Source: Thermoflexus hugenholtzii JAD2 (GTDB lineage Bacteria > Chloroflexota > UBA11872 > UBA12225). From it: 64,000 bases of DNA. Position 1 is the stretch's first letter; every line of letters begins with the position of its first letter. A model generated the notes under the pieces. That model was not told the DNA's origin. It did no database searches and saw only the letters and a list, made by a program, of their open reading frames with translations. Positions 46,982 to 56,768 of this stretch are shown piece after piece. The stretch lies in the NCBI GenBank assembly GCA_945865725.1, contig CAMBEO010000002.1:14668-78667 (forward strand), written 5' to 3'. The position numbers were made by a program, and so were the translations under genes.

Positions 46982-48284
46982 CGCGGTGGGCGTACCGGCA
47001 ATCTCCGTCGCCGGCGTCTCGAAGCGGTACCGTGTTTATGCGCGGCCGATTGATCGCCTGGTCGAAGTGGTGTCGCGCCGGTCGCGGCACCGGCCGTACT
47101 GGGCGCTTCGCGACGTCTCGTTCGACGTGGCGCGTGGCGAGATCCTCGGTCTTGTCGGCCGGAACGGCGCGGGCAAGACCACGCTGCTCCGCCTCCTGAC
47201 TGGCGTCACCCGGCCAACCTCGGGCGTGATCGACATCCGGCATCGGATGGCGGCGATCCTGGAACTCGGGAGCGGCTTCCACCCGGAGTTCACTGGTCGC
47301 GAGAACGTCTTCCTTGGCGGTGCGGTCATCGGCATGGATGACGACGAGATCCGGCGCAAGTACGACGCGATCGTCGAGTTCGCCGAGCTCGGGCCGTACA
47401 TGGACATGCCGTTCAAGACGTACTCGCTCGGGATGCAGGCGCGGCTGAGCTTCGCGGTGGCGTCAAGCGTCGATCCCGAGATCTTGATCATCGACGAGGC
47501 GCTTGGCGCCGGGGACGGGGCGTTCATCGCAAAGTGCTTCGAGCGGATCCGCCAGATCTGCGACAGCGGCGCGACCGTGCTCTTCGTGTCGCACAACACG
47601 TACCTCGTGCAACGGCTCTGCCGTCGAGCGATCTGGCTTGACCAGGGGCGGGTCGTCGCCGACGGGGACCCGGCGACGATCGTGCGCGACTACGAGGCAC
47701 TCCTGAGATCGGTGGCGCAGGAAGAGGCGATGGCGCGGAACCGGGGAGCCCTCGAGCGCTTCGAGGATGCGCCGGCGCTACTGGACGCGTCGGCCTCCCG
47801 GAGGCCGCAGGCCGCGCACCGGTGGGGCACGGGCGAGGTGCGCTTCACCTCGGTCGAGGTCCTCGGTCCCGACAGACAGCCAACGACCTCGGTGTTCAGC
47901 GGCGAGCGGGTGCAGGTGCGCCTGCGATTTGACGGGCACTCGGCTGACCGCGACTTGGCGCTTGTGGTGACGGTCCACCGGGAGGACGGGGTCGTCGCGG
48001 CGACCTTCGACGCACGCGAAGCGGGGGTGGCGTTCGGGCCGATCGATGGGCCGGGGGAAGCAATGCTCACCCTTGACCCTGTCCTGCTCGGGCAGGGGAG
48101 GTACCTGGTCTCGCCACACCTCTATCGTGACGCGTTTGGAGTCGTTCGCCCCGACGACGTCCTCGACTTCCATGACCGCATGTACGAACTGACCGTGACG
48201 CGCCCGGGGCGACCGTATGACGTCGCGATGGAGCACCCCGCCACGTGGCACGTCCAATCGGCGGGGACTCACACGCCGGGGTAG
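46971..48284 (+). CDS. polysaccharide ABC exporter ATP-binding protein with C-terminal glycan-binding-type domain (Wzt/TagH-like)
   Basis: Walker A GRNGAGKTTLL, signature YSLGMQARLSFA and Walker B ILIIDEALGAGD. A C-terminal extension of about 190 aa (RWGTGEVRFTSVEVLGPD...VQVRLRF...) resembles Wzt C-terminal domains. The ATG overlaps the permease stop. Confidence 0.85.
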   Translation: MPSDAVGVPAISVAGVSKRYRVYARPIDRLVEVVSRRSRHRPYWALRDVSFDVARGEILGLVGRNGAGKTTLLRLLTGVTRPTSGVIDIRHRMAAILELGSGFHPEFTGRENVFLGGAVIGMDDDEIRRKYDAIVEFAELGPYMDMPFKTYSLGMQARLSFAVASSVDPEILIIDEALGAGDGAFIAKCFERIRQICDSGATVLFVSHNTYLVQRLCRRAIWLDQGRVVADGDPATIVRDYEALLRSVAQEEAMARNRGALERFEDAPALLDASASRRPQAAHRWGTGEVRFTSVEVLGPDRQPTTSVFSGERVQVRLRFDGHSADRDLALVVTVHREDGVVAATFDAREAGVAFGPIDGPGEAMLTLDPVLLGQGRYLVSPHLYRDAFGVVRPDDVLDFHDRMYELTVTRPGRPYDVAMEHPATWHVQSAGTHTPG

Positions 48285-49822
48285 CGCGACCGGACTTCCT
48301 GGTGGAGCCCCTGGTGGTCCCGGGCGCACCGTTCCCACCCGTGCCACTTGATGATCCAGGCGCGCGACGCGTCTCCGATGGCGCGCCGCCGTGCCGGGTC
48401 AAGGGCAAGTTCTGAGAGGCGGGAGGCAATCTCCTCCTCGGTCAGGGCGCTCTGGATTGGCGGCATCTCCGGCAGGCACCACTCGTGCACCTTGGGATTG
48501 AAGTACATGACGACCGGGAGGGCGCAACTGAGGCCCTCCGCGGTGACCGTCCCGAAGGTGCCGACCGACTCGTGGAACTGGTCGAGGACCACGTCGCACG
48601 ACCGGTAGTAGTCGCGCAGGCGAGTTTTGTGCATGGGGGGCTTCCACATGACACTAGAGGCGATCCCGAGGTCGGCGATCAGCTGCTCGCTCGCGCGCAC
48701 GTCACGCCCCCACCGGCACAGGACGAGGGCCGCCCGGGGATGATTGGGGTCGGCGAGGTAGCGTGCGAACGCCCGGATGACACGGTCGCTGCGCTTGCTG
48801 TCGAACGCGTTGCTCCACTCGTGGCGCGTCGGGCAGAGGAAGAGCAACTCGGCACTGGAAGCCTCGCGCAACTCGCGCCGGATCGGCGTCTCGGTGCCTC
48901 CGTCTGGGGGCGAGTACTTCAACTCGTCGATGGGGTGCGGGATGAAGCGGTAGTCACGCAGGCCGAGGCGACGTGCAGAGGTCACGACGTCCGGGTTGGT
49001 GATGATGCACGCATCGGCACTGCGATACGCGAGGTTCAGCATGCGCCCCTGGACGGTGTCCTCGAACGGGATGGTCCGCATTGTCGAGTGCTCGAAGGTG
49101 ACAAGGGGGGTTTCGACGGGGAGGAATGGTCCCTTGATCGCTTCGACGCCGTACAACTGGACGAGGTCATGGTCTCGCGCGATCCCGCGATACGAGGCCC
49201 AGAACGGGCACTTGGCGAGGAGTTGCATGGACGCGACGCGACCAGCGGAGGTCATTCGCGACGCCCGGTTGATCTCGTCACGCTCGTCCACGAGGCGGCG
49301 GAGGCGGCTGGTCATGAGGATCCGGTGCTCGGCCCGGAAGCCGGTCGCCCACTCCACGGCGAGCCGCGCCGCCCCGAGGACTCGCAACTCGGCCGCCTCG
49401 CGCAAGGAGAGCTGGTTGACGCGCGCTAGGGCGTTGTACCGCGTGCCAACGGCGCCAAGTACCGCGCGGGCTTGGGTGACGAATCTGCTCGATGGCGCGG
49501 AGGGGTCCGAGTACAGGGCGGCCATCACGCGCGTCGCCGCCCCGGCAGGCGCATCAGGCGGCAACACGTATGGGTCGACCTGGCCGCTTAGGTAGTGCAC
49601 CCATTCGGGGCGCACGAAGCCGTTGGTAAACGGGATGGTGCGCCAGTCCGGCGGGTCGAACGGGTCGAGCGTTCCCTCGAAGTCGGCGTCCTCCCACTCC
49701 GGATGGCCCATGATGAACTCGTGCCGGAAATGGAAGGTGTGCGCGTCCTCGCCCAGGCGGCGCAGGAACTTCGCCACAAGGTAGGCGTTGTTCGCGATGT
49801 TCCCCGAATGCGCCGTCTTCAC
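48269..49822 (-). CDS. putative GT-B fold glycosyltransferase
   Basis: GTG 49822 is preceded by GGGAGG and overlaps the asnB-like stop (GTGA). The C-terminal half (LFLCPTRHEW..., LVLCRWGRDV..., TFGTVTAEGLSCALPVVMY) resembles GT1/GT4 enzymes; the N-terminal half is not recognised. Confidence 0.5.
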   Translation of the reverse strand: MKTAHSGNIANNAYLVAKFLRRLGEDAHTFHFRHEFIMGHPEWEDADFEGTLDPFDPPDWRTIPFTNGFVRPEWVHYLSGQVDPYVLPPDAPAGAATRVMAALYSDPSAPSSRFVTQARAVLGAVGTRYNALARVNQLSLREAAELRVLGAARLAVEWATGFRAEHRILMTSRLRRLVDERDEINRASRMTSAGRVASMQLLAKCPFWASYRGIARDHDLVQLYGVEAIKGPFLPVETPLVTFEHSTMRTIPFEDTVQGRMLNLAYRSADACIITNPDVVTSARRLGLRDYRFIPHPIDELKYSPPDGGTETPIRRELREASSAELLFLCPTRHEWSNAFDSKRSDRVIRAFARYLADPNHPRAALVLCRWGRDVRASEQLIADLGIASSVMWKPPMHKTRLRDYYRSCDVVLDQFHESVGTFGTVTAEGLSCALPVVMYFNPKVHEWCLPEMPPIQSALTEEEIASRLSELALDPARRRAIGDASRAWIIKWHGWERCARDHQGLHQEVRSRYPGV

Positions 49823-51693
49823 AGGTGACCTCCCACGCGGCGCGCGCTCGGCGCGGCGCCAGACGCCGGCCGTTCGCCATCGAGGAAGGTTCGCTGCCAC
49901 TGCTCGAGGCACGCAAGCGACCAGAGCAACTTCTTGTGGTTCCGCCGCCCGGCCGCGTGGTCGCCGAGGATGGTGCCCACCGCCGCGGGGTCGAAGAGGC
50001 CTCGCGAACGGGCGCGCGGGCCATCGACCATTTCGCGGAGGTACGGCGCCAGTTCCGACCGGAACCACGTGTCCTCGGGTGGGGCAAACCCCTGCTTGCG
50101 CGCCGCGAGGATCTCGTCGGGGATGAGGCCACGCATCGCCTTACGAAGGATGCGCTTGCCCACGCCGTCCCGCAACTTGTACCGCGACGGCATCGCGCTG
50201 GTGAAGTTGACGAGGTCATCGTCGAGGAACGGCACCCGGCTCTCGAGCGAGTGCGCCATCGAGACGCGGTCCTCCACCACGAACAGGCCTTGCAGGTAGG
50301 TGCGAGCCTCGAAGGTCATCGCAAGATGGAGCGGGTCCGTACGCGCGAGGTCGCCCAGGTCATCGACCACTTCGCGCACCCGGTCGGCGGCGCGGAAACC
50401 CCGGGCGGCGCGTGCGAGGTCGCCCACGAACAGGCCTGCCTTCTCGGTGTCAGGCACGAGGATGGACCAGTAGTCGCTGTAGCGCGAGGCGAAGTCGTCC
50501 AAGGATGTCGTGCCCGCCGCGTGGGCGTACCGCCACGGGTAGCCGGCGAAGATCTCGTCGCCACCGGCACCGGCGAGGACGACCTTGACGAACCGGCTCG
50601 CGAGGCGCGCGACGGCGTAGTTGTGGTAGCTGGAGGCGACGCGCAGGTCCTCGAGGTGCCATACGAGTTCCGGCAGGAGGCGTGGCAAGTCATCGGCTTG
50701 AACGACGACGGTGTAATGCTCGGTGCCCATCGTGCGCGCCATGAACTCCGCCGCGGCGCGTTCGTCGGTCAGCGCCTCCGCAACCCCGAGGCCGGCGACC
50801 GGGAATCCGCCCGTGAAAGTGTGCAGGTGCGGGATTTGGCGCGCCGCGACGGCAGTGATCGAACCGCTATCCATGCCGCCCGACAGGTAGCTTCCGACAG
50901 GGACGTCGCCCATGAGCTGGCGGCGGACCGCCTCCTCGAAGCGCTCTCGGACCCCCGTCACGTACCACGCCTCGCCCCGGTCCCCGTCGGCTTCGAAGCG
51001 CGGTCGCCACCACCGTGTCATGCGTGGCGCACCTTCGCCGTCGATCGTCATCAGTGACCCGGCCGGAAGCGTTCGAACGCCGGCGAACAGCGTGCGGTCG
51101 CCGAACAGGTTCTGGAAGGTGAGGTACTCGGTGGCCGCGTCGAGGTCGAGTTCCGCGCGGAAGCCGGGCAACTCGAGGAAAGACTTCACCTCTGACCCGA
51201 ACGCGAGGGTGCCGCCGACATGGGCGTAGTAGAGGGGCTTGATGCCCCACCGGTCACGCGCCAGGACGAGGCGCCCGGCACCGCGCCGGTCCCAGATCGC
51301 AAAGGCGAACATGCCGTTGAAGCGGTGCACGCAAGCGTCGCCGAACTCCTCGTAGGCGTGCACGATCACCTCGGTATCGGTGCTTGAGGCAAACCGGTGA
51401 CCGCGCGCGACAAGCTCGGACCGCAGGGCGTGGAAGTTGTAAAGCTCGCCGTTGTAGACGATGCCGATCTGGCCATCGGCGCTGAACTGCGGTTGGCGCC
51501 CGGCCGCGGAGAGATCGACGATGGCAAGGCGCCGGTTCGCGAGGGCGACGGGACCATCGAGGATGAACCCGTCGGCATCCGGTCCACGGTGGGCAATAGC
51601 GCCGGCCATGCGCCCGATGATGGCGCGCGTCGCGAGGGCTGGTGCCCGGCCGCGCGGGACCGAGGGGTCGTACGTGCCGGCGATACCGCACAT
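49819..51693 (-). CDS. asnB: asparagine synthetase B-type glutamine amidotransferase
   Basis: N-terminal MCGIAG nucleophile, NGELYNF and PP-loop SGGMDSGSI. The ORF is open upstream to 52017 only through repeat DNA. Confidence 0.9.
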   Translation of the reverse strand: MCGIAGTYDPSVPRGRAPALATRAIIGRMAGAIAHRGPDADGFILDGPVALANRRLAIVDLSAAGRQPQFSADGQIGIVYNGELYNFHALRSELVARGHRFASSTDTEVIVHAYEEFGDACVHRFNGMFAFAIWDRRGAGRLVLARDRWGIKPLYYAHVGGTLAFGSEVKSFLELPGFRAELDLDAATEYLTFQNLFGDRTLFAGVRTLPAGSLMTIDGEGAPRMTRWWRPRFEADGDRGEAWYVTGVRERFEEAVRRQLMGDVPVGSYLSGGMDSGSITAVAARQIPHLHTFTGGFPVAGLGVAEALTDERAAAEFMARTMGTEHYTVVVQADDLPRLLPELVWHLEDLRVASSYHNYAVARLASRFVKVVLAGAGGDEIFAGYPWRYAHAAGTTSLDDFASRYSDYWSILVPDTEKAGLFVGDLARAARGFRAADRVREVVDDLGDLARTDPLHLAMTFEARTYLQGLFVVEDRVSMAHSLESRVPFLDDDLVNFTSAMPSRYKLRDGVGKRILRKAMRGLIPDEILAARKQGFAPPEDTWFRSELAPYLREMVDGPRARSRGLFDPAAVGTILGDHAAGRRNHKKLLWSLACLEQWQRTFLDGERPASGAAPSARRVGGHL

Positions 51694-51811
51694 CGTGGCG
51701 AGGGGATCCTTGGCGCGGCGGGCGCGCGAGGTGGTGGCACCGTGCGCGGCACCAAGCATGACAACGGCGCGACGGGCAGTCGCGCCGCACGGTGGTCGTC
51801 GATGCGCCTGG

Positions 51812-51969
51812 CCCGCTTCCATCCGCCGCAAGCGCTCCACGTTGGGGCGGGAGAGGGGAGACGGGAGAAGGATGCCCCCACCCTCAGTCCCTCCCCCGCT
51901 GCGGCGGGAGAGGGAAGCACCACCCCCTCCCCTATCCACTCCCGCGCTGGGGCGGGAGTGGGAAGCACC
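51812..51969. repeat. palindromic-repeat cluster: module B + module A + compensated core variant
   Basis: Module B at 51812-51863. Module A at 51875-51922 (core 51889-51915). A variant hairpin, CCACTCCCGC (51936-51945) paired with GCGGGAGTGG (51952-61), forms a perfect 10-bp stem. Confidence 0.92.
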
Positions 51970-52070
51970 GCCCCGACCCCCACCCCCGGCGCCCCCCGCC
52001 TGGCGCTGGAGAGGCAAGCCCGAGGCCGTTGCTACACTGCCGCGCGGCCGGCAGGCGTCCCGGCGACCTG

Positions 52071-53015
52071 ATGGCAGGGAGTCGGCTGGGCGTGCAACTC
52101 GAAGGCAATCGTTTCCTGGTCACTGGCGGCGGCGGGTTCATCGGTCGGTACGTCGTGCGCCGCCTGCGCCGCGCTGGCGCCACGGTGCGCGTCATGGAGT
52201 TGCCAGGCCGGGGCGATCCTTTCGCCGGTGACCCGGGCGTCGAGGTTGTCGCCGGGAGCCTCGTCGTACCCGACGACTGCCGGCGGGCCTGCGAGGGCAT
52301 CGACGGCACGTTCCACATGGGCGTACTCGCCCTGAACCCGTCCGGGGCGAACCCGCGACGTTGCCTCGAGGTCAACGTCGACGGCACCTTCAACATCCTT
52401 GAGGCATCGAGCAACGCTGGCGTCCGGCGCTTCGTCCTCTCGTCGGCGTCGTCCGTCTACGGGGACACCCTCGAGGTCATGGACGAGGCCCACCCGCTGA
52501 ACTCGCGCCACATCTACGGCGCTTCGAAGATTGCGGGCGAGGCGTTCGTGCGCGCCTTCGGCGGCATGTTTGGACTGCCATGGGTCGCGTTGCGGTACAT
52601 GAACGTCTACGGGCCGCACGCCGGCTTTGGCCTCGTCGACTCGGTCGTCAAGCGCATCGCCTCCGGGCAGGCCCCGCAGATCAACGGAGACGGGTCGCAG
52701 TCGTTCGACTTCGTGTACGTCGATGACGTGGCCTCGGCGACGGTGCGTGCGATGGAGACTGACGCGTCGGACGAGGCGTTCAACGTCGGCAGTGGCGAGG
52801 AGAAGACGGTCAAGGACGTGACACTCGCCCTGCTCGAGTTGACCGGTTCGGGGATGGTGCCGGAGTTCCGGGACGTGCCAGTGCCGATGGTGCGGCGCGT
52901 CGGGTCGAGCGAGAAGGCGGGGCGGCTCCTCGACTGGCGTGCGTCCGTGCCCCTTGTCGAGGGCCTGCGCCGGGTCGTTGACGAGCAGTTCCACGCGCGC
53001 CCGCCGGTCGCGTAG
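52071..53015 (+). CDS. NAD-dependent epimerase/dehydratase (SDR family)
   Basis: Rossmann VTGGGGFIGRY and catalytic YGASK; ATG at 52071. Confidence 0.88.
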   Translation: MAGSRLGVQLEGNRFLVTGGGGFIGRYVVRRLRRAGATVRVMELPGRGDPFAGDPGVEVVAGSLVVPDDCRRACEGIDGTFHMGVLALNPSGANPRRCLEVNVDGTFNILEASSNAGVRRFVLSSASSVYGDTLEVMDEAHPLNSRHIYGASKIAGEAFVRAFGGMFGLPWVALRYMNVYGPHAGFGLVDSVVKRIASGQAPQINGDGSQSFDFVYVDDVASATVRAMETDASDEAFNVGSGEEKTVKDVTLALLELTGSGMVPEFRDVPVPMVRRVGSSEKAGRLLDWRASVPLVEGLRRVVDEQFHARPPVA

Positions 53016-53064
53016 TCCCGCGCCTGGGCGTCGCGGATTGGATGTACTGGAGGGCGGCCGGGCG

Positions 53065-53961
53065 ATGCGGATTCTTGTGACCGGTGCGACCGGATTCGTC
53101 GCGTCTCACCTCGTCCCTGTCCTCGTGGCGCGGGGCGACACGGTGGTCGCCCTCGGGCACGACCCCGCACGCATGTTCGAGTTCGCCGGCCTCCCGGGCG
53201 TAGGGACGGTCGTCGCCGACCTCCGCGCGCGCGATGTCGCAGGGGCGCTTCCCGCCGTGATCGATGCGGTCGTGCACCTCGCGCAGGCGAACGTGCCGTT
53301 CCCGGACGGTGCCGCGGACCTCTGGGAGGTGAACGCCGGGTCGACGGCCCGCCTGCTCGAGTGGGCGCGACGTGCCGGTGCGAAGGCCTTCGTGCTTGCG
53401 TCCACCGGATCGGTCTACGGCGCCGGTCACCGGCCGTGGCGCGAGGACGACCCGGCGGACGATCCGGGGGCGTACCCGGCCACAAAGGTCGCCGCCGAGC
53501 GAATCGTCGCAGCGTATGCGCCGTACCTCGCGACGGTCACGCTCCGCCTGTTCGCACCGTACGGGCCGGGCCAGCGAGGACGGATGGTGCCGGGCATCGT
53601 CGGGCGCGTCCGCAACGGGACGCCGGTCTCGTTGCGCGAAGGCGGGAGACCGCGGATCAACCCGATCTACGTGGGGGACTTGGCGGAGGTCCTTGCCGAA
53701 GCGACGCGACTCGCGGGTGACCATCTCGTGAACGTCGGCGGCGACGAGGTCCTTTCCATCGCGGACATCGCGAGTGCGGCCGGCGAGGCCTTGGGCATCG
53801 CGCCGACCTTCGCGGAGGTGGCCGGGTCGCCAGGCGGAGATACCGTCGGCGACGTCACGCGGATGGCGTCGACCTTTGGTCCTGGGCGGGCGCGTACCCG
53901 TTTTCGCGAGGGCGTGGCACGGGTCGTCGCGGCGATGACCGGCCCGGCGTCGTCGGCGTAG
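53065..53961 (+). CDS. NAD-dependent epimerase/dehydratase (SDR family), second copy
   Basis: Rossmann VTGATGFVASH and a YPATK catalytic pair; ATG at 53065. Confidence 0.85.
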   Translation: MRILVTGATGFVASHLVPVLVARGDTVVALGHDPARMFEFAGLPGVGTVVADLRARDVAGALPAVIDAVVHLAQANVPFPDGAADLWEVNAGSTARLLEWARRAGAKAFVLASTGSVYGAGHRPWREDDPADDPGAYPATKVAAERIVAAYAPYLATVTLRLFAPYGPGQRGRMVPGIVGRVRNGTPVSLREGGRPRINPIYVGDLAEVLAEATRLAGDHLVNVGGDEVLSIADIASAAGEALGIAPTFAEVAGSPGGDTVGDVTRMASTFGPGRARTRFREGVARVVAAMTGPASSA

Positions 53962-53967
53962 CGCACG

Positions 53968-55209
53968 ATGCCCCAACCCGCACCCGCCATGGCGCCCGAC
54001 CGCCCCCTGGCAATCCTTCACCTCATCACGTCGCTCGCCCGTGGAGGCGCGCAGGCCCACCTCCTCGACCTTGTCAAGGGGCAGCGGGCGCGCGGGCACC
54101 ATGTCGAGGTCGCGTACCTGAAGGACCATGACATGGTGCCCGACTTCCTGCAGGTTGGCCGGGGGCATGCCGAGGGACAGGCGGGCCTGCCCATCCCTGT
54201 CGGCAGTGCCGATGACGATGGCTTCGGTCGTGGCATCGACGGGATCGTGGGGGTCGCCGGACGGCTGATGGCCGCGATCTCGGCGACGCGACCCGATGTG
54301 TTGCACACGCATTTACTGAAGGCAGACGCGATCGGGGCCGTCGTCGGCTGGCTTGCCCGCTTCGGGCGCCGCGGCTCGCCACCCTGCGCGATCATCTCGA
54401 GCAAGCACAACGACGAGGCTGCGCTGCGCCGGCCGTGGATCGCGCGCGCGCATGGGGTGCTCTCGCGCGCTGACGACGCGATCATCTGCTGTTCGGACCA
54501 CGTGGCGCGGTACGTGACGACCGTCGGGCGCGCACCCGCCGACCGGGTTCGTCGCGTGTACTACGGGATCGACCTCGGGCGACCAGTCGATCTTGGCGCG
54601 GACCGGCGCGCGGAGGTACGGCGTGATCTCGGCGTGCCCGACCGGGCCGAACTGGTCATGGGGGTCGGGCGCCTTGACCCACAAAAGGGGTGGCCTGACC
54701 TGATCGAGGCGATGGCGTCCGTCGTCGCGGCGCGCCCGAACGCCCACCTCGTGATCGTCGGAGGCGCGCAACAGGGCGACGGGTCGTTTGTCGGTCGGTT
54801 GAGGGCACGGGCGTTGGCGCCGGACCTCGCCGGTCACGTGACCTTTGCCGGCGTCCGGCGGGACGTGCCGGTCCTGATGGCGGCGTGCGACCTGTTTGCC
54901 CTCGCGTCGCGGTGGGAGGGATTCGGCCTCGTCTTCGCCGAGGCGATGGCGGCGGCGCGCCCGGTCGTGGCGACGCGCGTGTCGGCGGTGCCGGAGGTGG
55001 TCGCGGACGGCGAGACGGGGCTTCTGGTCGAACCGGGCGACATCGACGGCTTGGCCGGGGCGATCACTCGCGTGCTCTCGGACCGCGCCCTTGGGGGACG
55101 CCTCGGCATGGCCGGGTACCGTCGGGTGCGCGAGTTGTTCGCGGCGCCGCGCATGGTCGACGAGACGATCGCGGTCTACCGCGAGGTGATCGCGCGGCGC
55201 GGGGCATAG
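53968..55209 (+). CDS. family-4 (GT-B) glycosyltransferase
   Basis: GGAQAHLLDL at the N-terminus; EX7E region SRWEGFGLVFAEAMAAARPVVATRVSAVPEVVADGETGLLV. Confidence 0.87.
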   Translation: MPQPAPAMAPDRPLAILHLITSLARGGAQAHLLDLVKGQRARGHHVEVAYLKDHDMVPDFLQVGRGHAEGQAGLPIPVGSADDDGFGRGIDGIVGVAGRLMAAISATRPDVLHTHLLKADAIGAVVGWLARFGRRGSPPCAIISSKHNDEAALRRPWIARAHGVLSRADDAIICCSDHVARYVTTVGRAPADRVRRVYYGIDLGRPVDLGADRRAEVRRDLGVPDRAELVMGVGRLDPQKGWPDLIEAMASVVAARPNAHLVIVGGAQQGDGSFVGRLRARALAPDLAGHVTFAGVRRDVPVLMAACDLFALASRWEGFGLVFAEAMAAARPVVATRVSAVPEVVADGETGLLVEPGDIDGLAGAITRVLSDRALGGRLGMAGYRRVRELFAAPRMVDETIAVYREVIARRGA

Positions 55210-55337
55210 CGGGACTGGGAGCGCACGGCTTCCCGCCGGCCATGAACTCCGCGTCGCGAGGCATTGCGCCATGTGAACCGGTTTCGCCGTACCCTGATCG
55301 CGCGCCGCGGGTCGCTACCCGACCGACAGGGCACGCC

Positions 55338-56768
55338 ATGACGAGCGACCATCGCACCGCCCCTCCGACCGTGGAGGCAACGCCGTTCCCATACACCGTC
55401 GCCGCCCGGGGGCTCCTCGAGAATGAGAGCCGTATCGCCGAGCCGTTGCCCGCGGCGGCGCAGGCGCTCCTCGATGGCGAGTACGACAACATGCTCGCCT
55501 GCGTGCGGTGCGGCCTCTGCCTGACGTCGTGCCCGACCTTCGTCGTGACGGGGCACGAAAGCGAGGGGCCCCGGGGGCGGATCGCGTTGGTGCGCGCGCT
55601 GGTCGAGGGGCGCATCCCGCTGACGGACGGCCTCATCGATCGCGAGGAGAACTGCCTGGCGTGCGATGCCTGCACTGCGGTTTGCCCTGCCGGGGTCAAG
55701 ATGGAGCCGATTCAAGTGGCGGTCCGGGCGGCGATCGAGATCGCGCGCGACGCCGGGACCGCGCCTTCGCGTGGGCTTGTGGCGAGCGCCATCCGGGCCG
55801 TCGTCCTGGGGTGGCTGTTCCCGTCGATGCCACGGTTCCGCGCGGTCGTCTGGCTGGTCTGGCTGTACCGTGCCTCGGGTCTCCGGTCGATGGCGCGCGC
55901 CCTCGGCATGGTTCGGCTGCTCGGCATGCGCGACGCTGACGACCTCCTGCCGGCGTTCACGCCTGACTTCCTCGTGCCCGAGGGGCAGGTGTACCCGGCA
56001 GCCCCGGACACGCGGGATCGCGCGGAGGTGGCTCTATTCGCGGGATGCGTGATGTCGACCGCCTTCGGGTCGACGTCCCATGCAACGGTCCGCGTGCTTC
56101 AACGCGCCGGCTGTGACGTGGCGTGCCCCGCCGGGCAGGGGTGCTGCGGCGCGCTGAACGCGCACGCGGGCGACCGGGAAGGCGCAAGGGCACTGGCGCG
56201 CCAGACGATCGCCGCCTTTGAACCTGGGGGAGATGCGCCAGTCGTCACCAATGCCGCCGGGTGCGGCGCGATGCTGAAGGAGTACGGGCACCTGCTGGCT
56301 GATGATCCGGCGTGGGCGGCGCGAGCGGCGCGCCTCTCGTCGCGCGTGCGGGACGTGTCCGAGTACCTCGCCACGCGCGACCTGCCCGCGATGGGCGCGA
56401 TCGCGGAGGACACGGTGGTCGTGGCGTACCAGGACGCGTGCCACCTCGGGCATGCGCAACGGATCACGGCCGCGCCGCGTGACCTGATCCGGCGCATCCC
56501 CGGCGTCACGTTGCGCGATCTCCCCGACAAGGCCCTCTGTTGCGGCAGTGCGGGGGTTTACAACGTCACCCACCCGGAGATGGCCCGCACCCTCGGTGAC
56601 CGCAAGGCGGAGGCGGTCGCGGCGACGGGCGCGACCATCATTGTCACCGCCAATCCCGGATGTCAGCTGCAGTTGCAGGCGAGCCTTGCGCGCGCCGGGT
56701 CCCGAGTGAAGGTGATGCACCTCGTCGACCTCCTCGACGCCGCGACGGCGCCGGGAGGCCGGCCGTGA
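55338..56768 (+). CDS. GlcF-like Fe-S oxidoreductase (two 4Fe-4S motifs + CCG domains)
   Basis: CVRCGLCLTSCPTF and CLACDACTAVCPAGV, then two cysteine-rich CCG-type segments (GCCGALNAH, LCCGSAGVYN). Confidence 0.78.
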   Translation: MTSDHRTAPPTVEATPFPYTVAARGLLENESRIAEPLPAAAQALLDGEYDNMLACVRCGLCLTSCPTFVVTGHESEGPRGRIALVRALVEGRIPLTDGLIDREENCLACDACTAVCPAGVKMEPIQVAVRAAIEIARDAGTAPSRGLVASAIRAVVLGWLFPSMPRFRAVVWLVWLYRASGLRSMARALGMVRLLGMRDADDLLPAFTPDFLVPEGQVYPAAPDTRDRAEVALFAGCVMSTAFGSTSHATVRVLQRAGCDVACPAGQGCCGALNAHAGDREGARALARQTIAAFEPGGDAPVVTNAAGCGAMLKEYGHLLADDPAWAARAARLSSRVRDVSEYLATRDLPAMGAIAEDTVVVAYQDACHLGHAQRITAAPRDLIRRIPGVTLRDLPDKALCCGSAGVYNVTHPEMARTLGDRKAEAVAATGATIIVTANPGCQLQLQASLARAGSRVKVMHLVDLLDAATAPGGRP

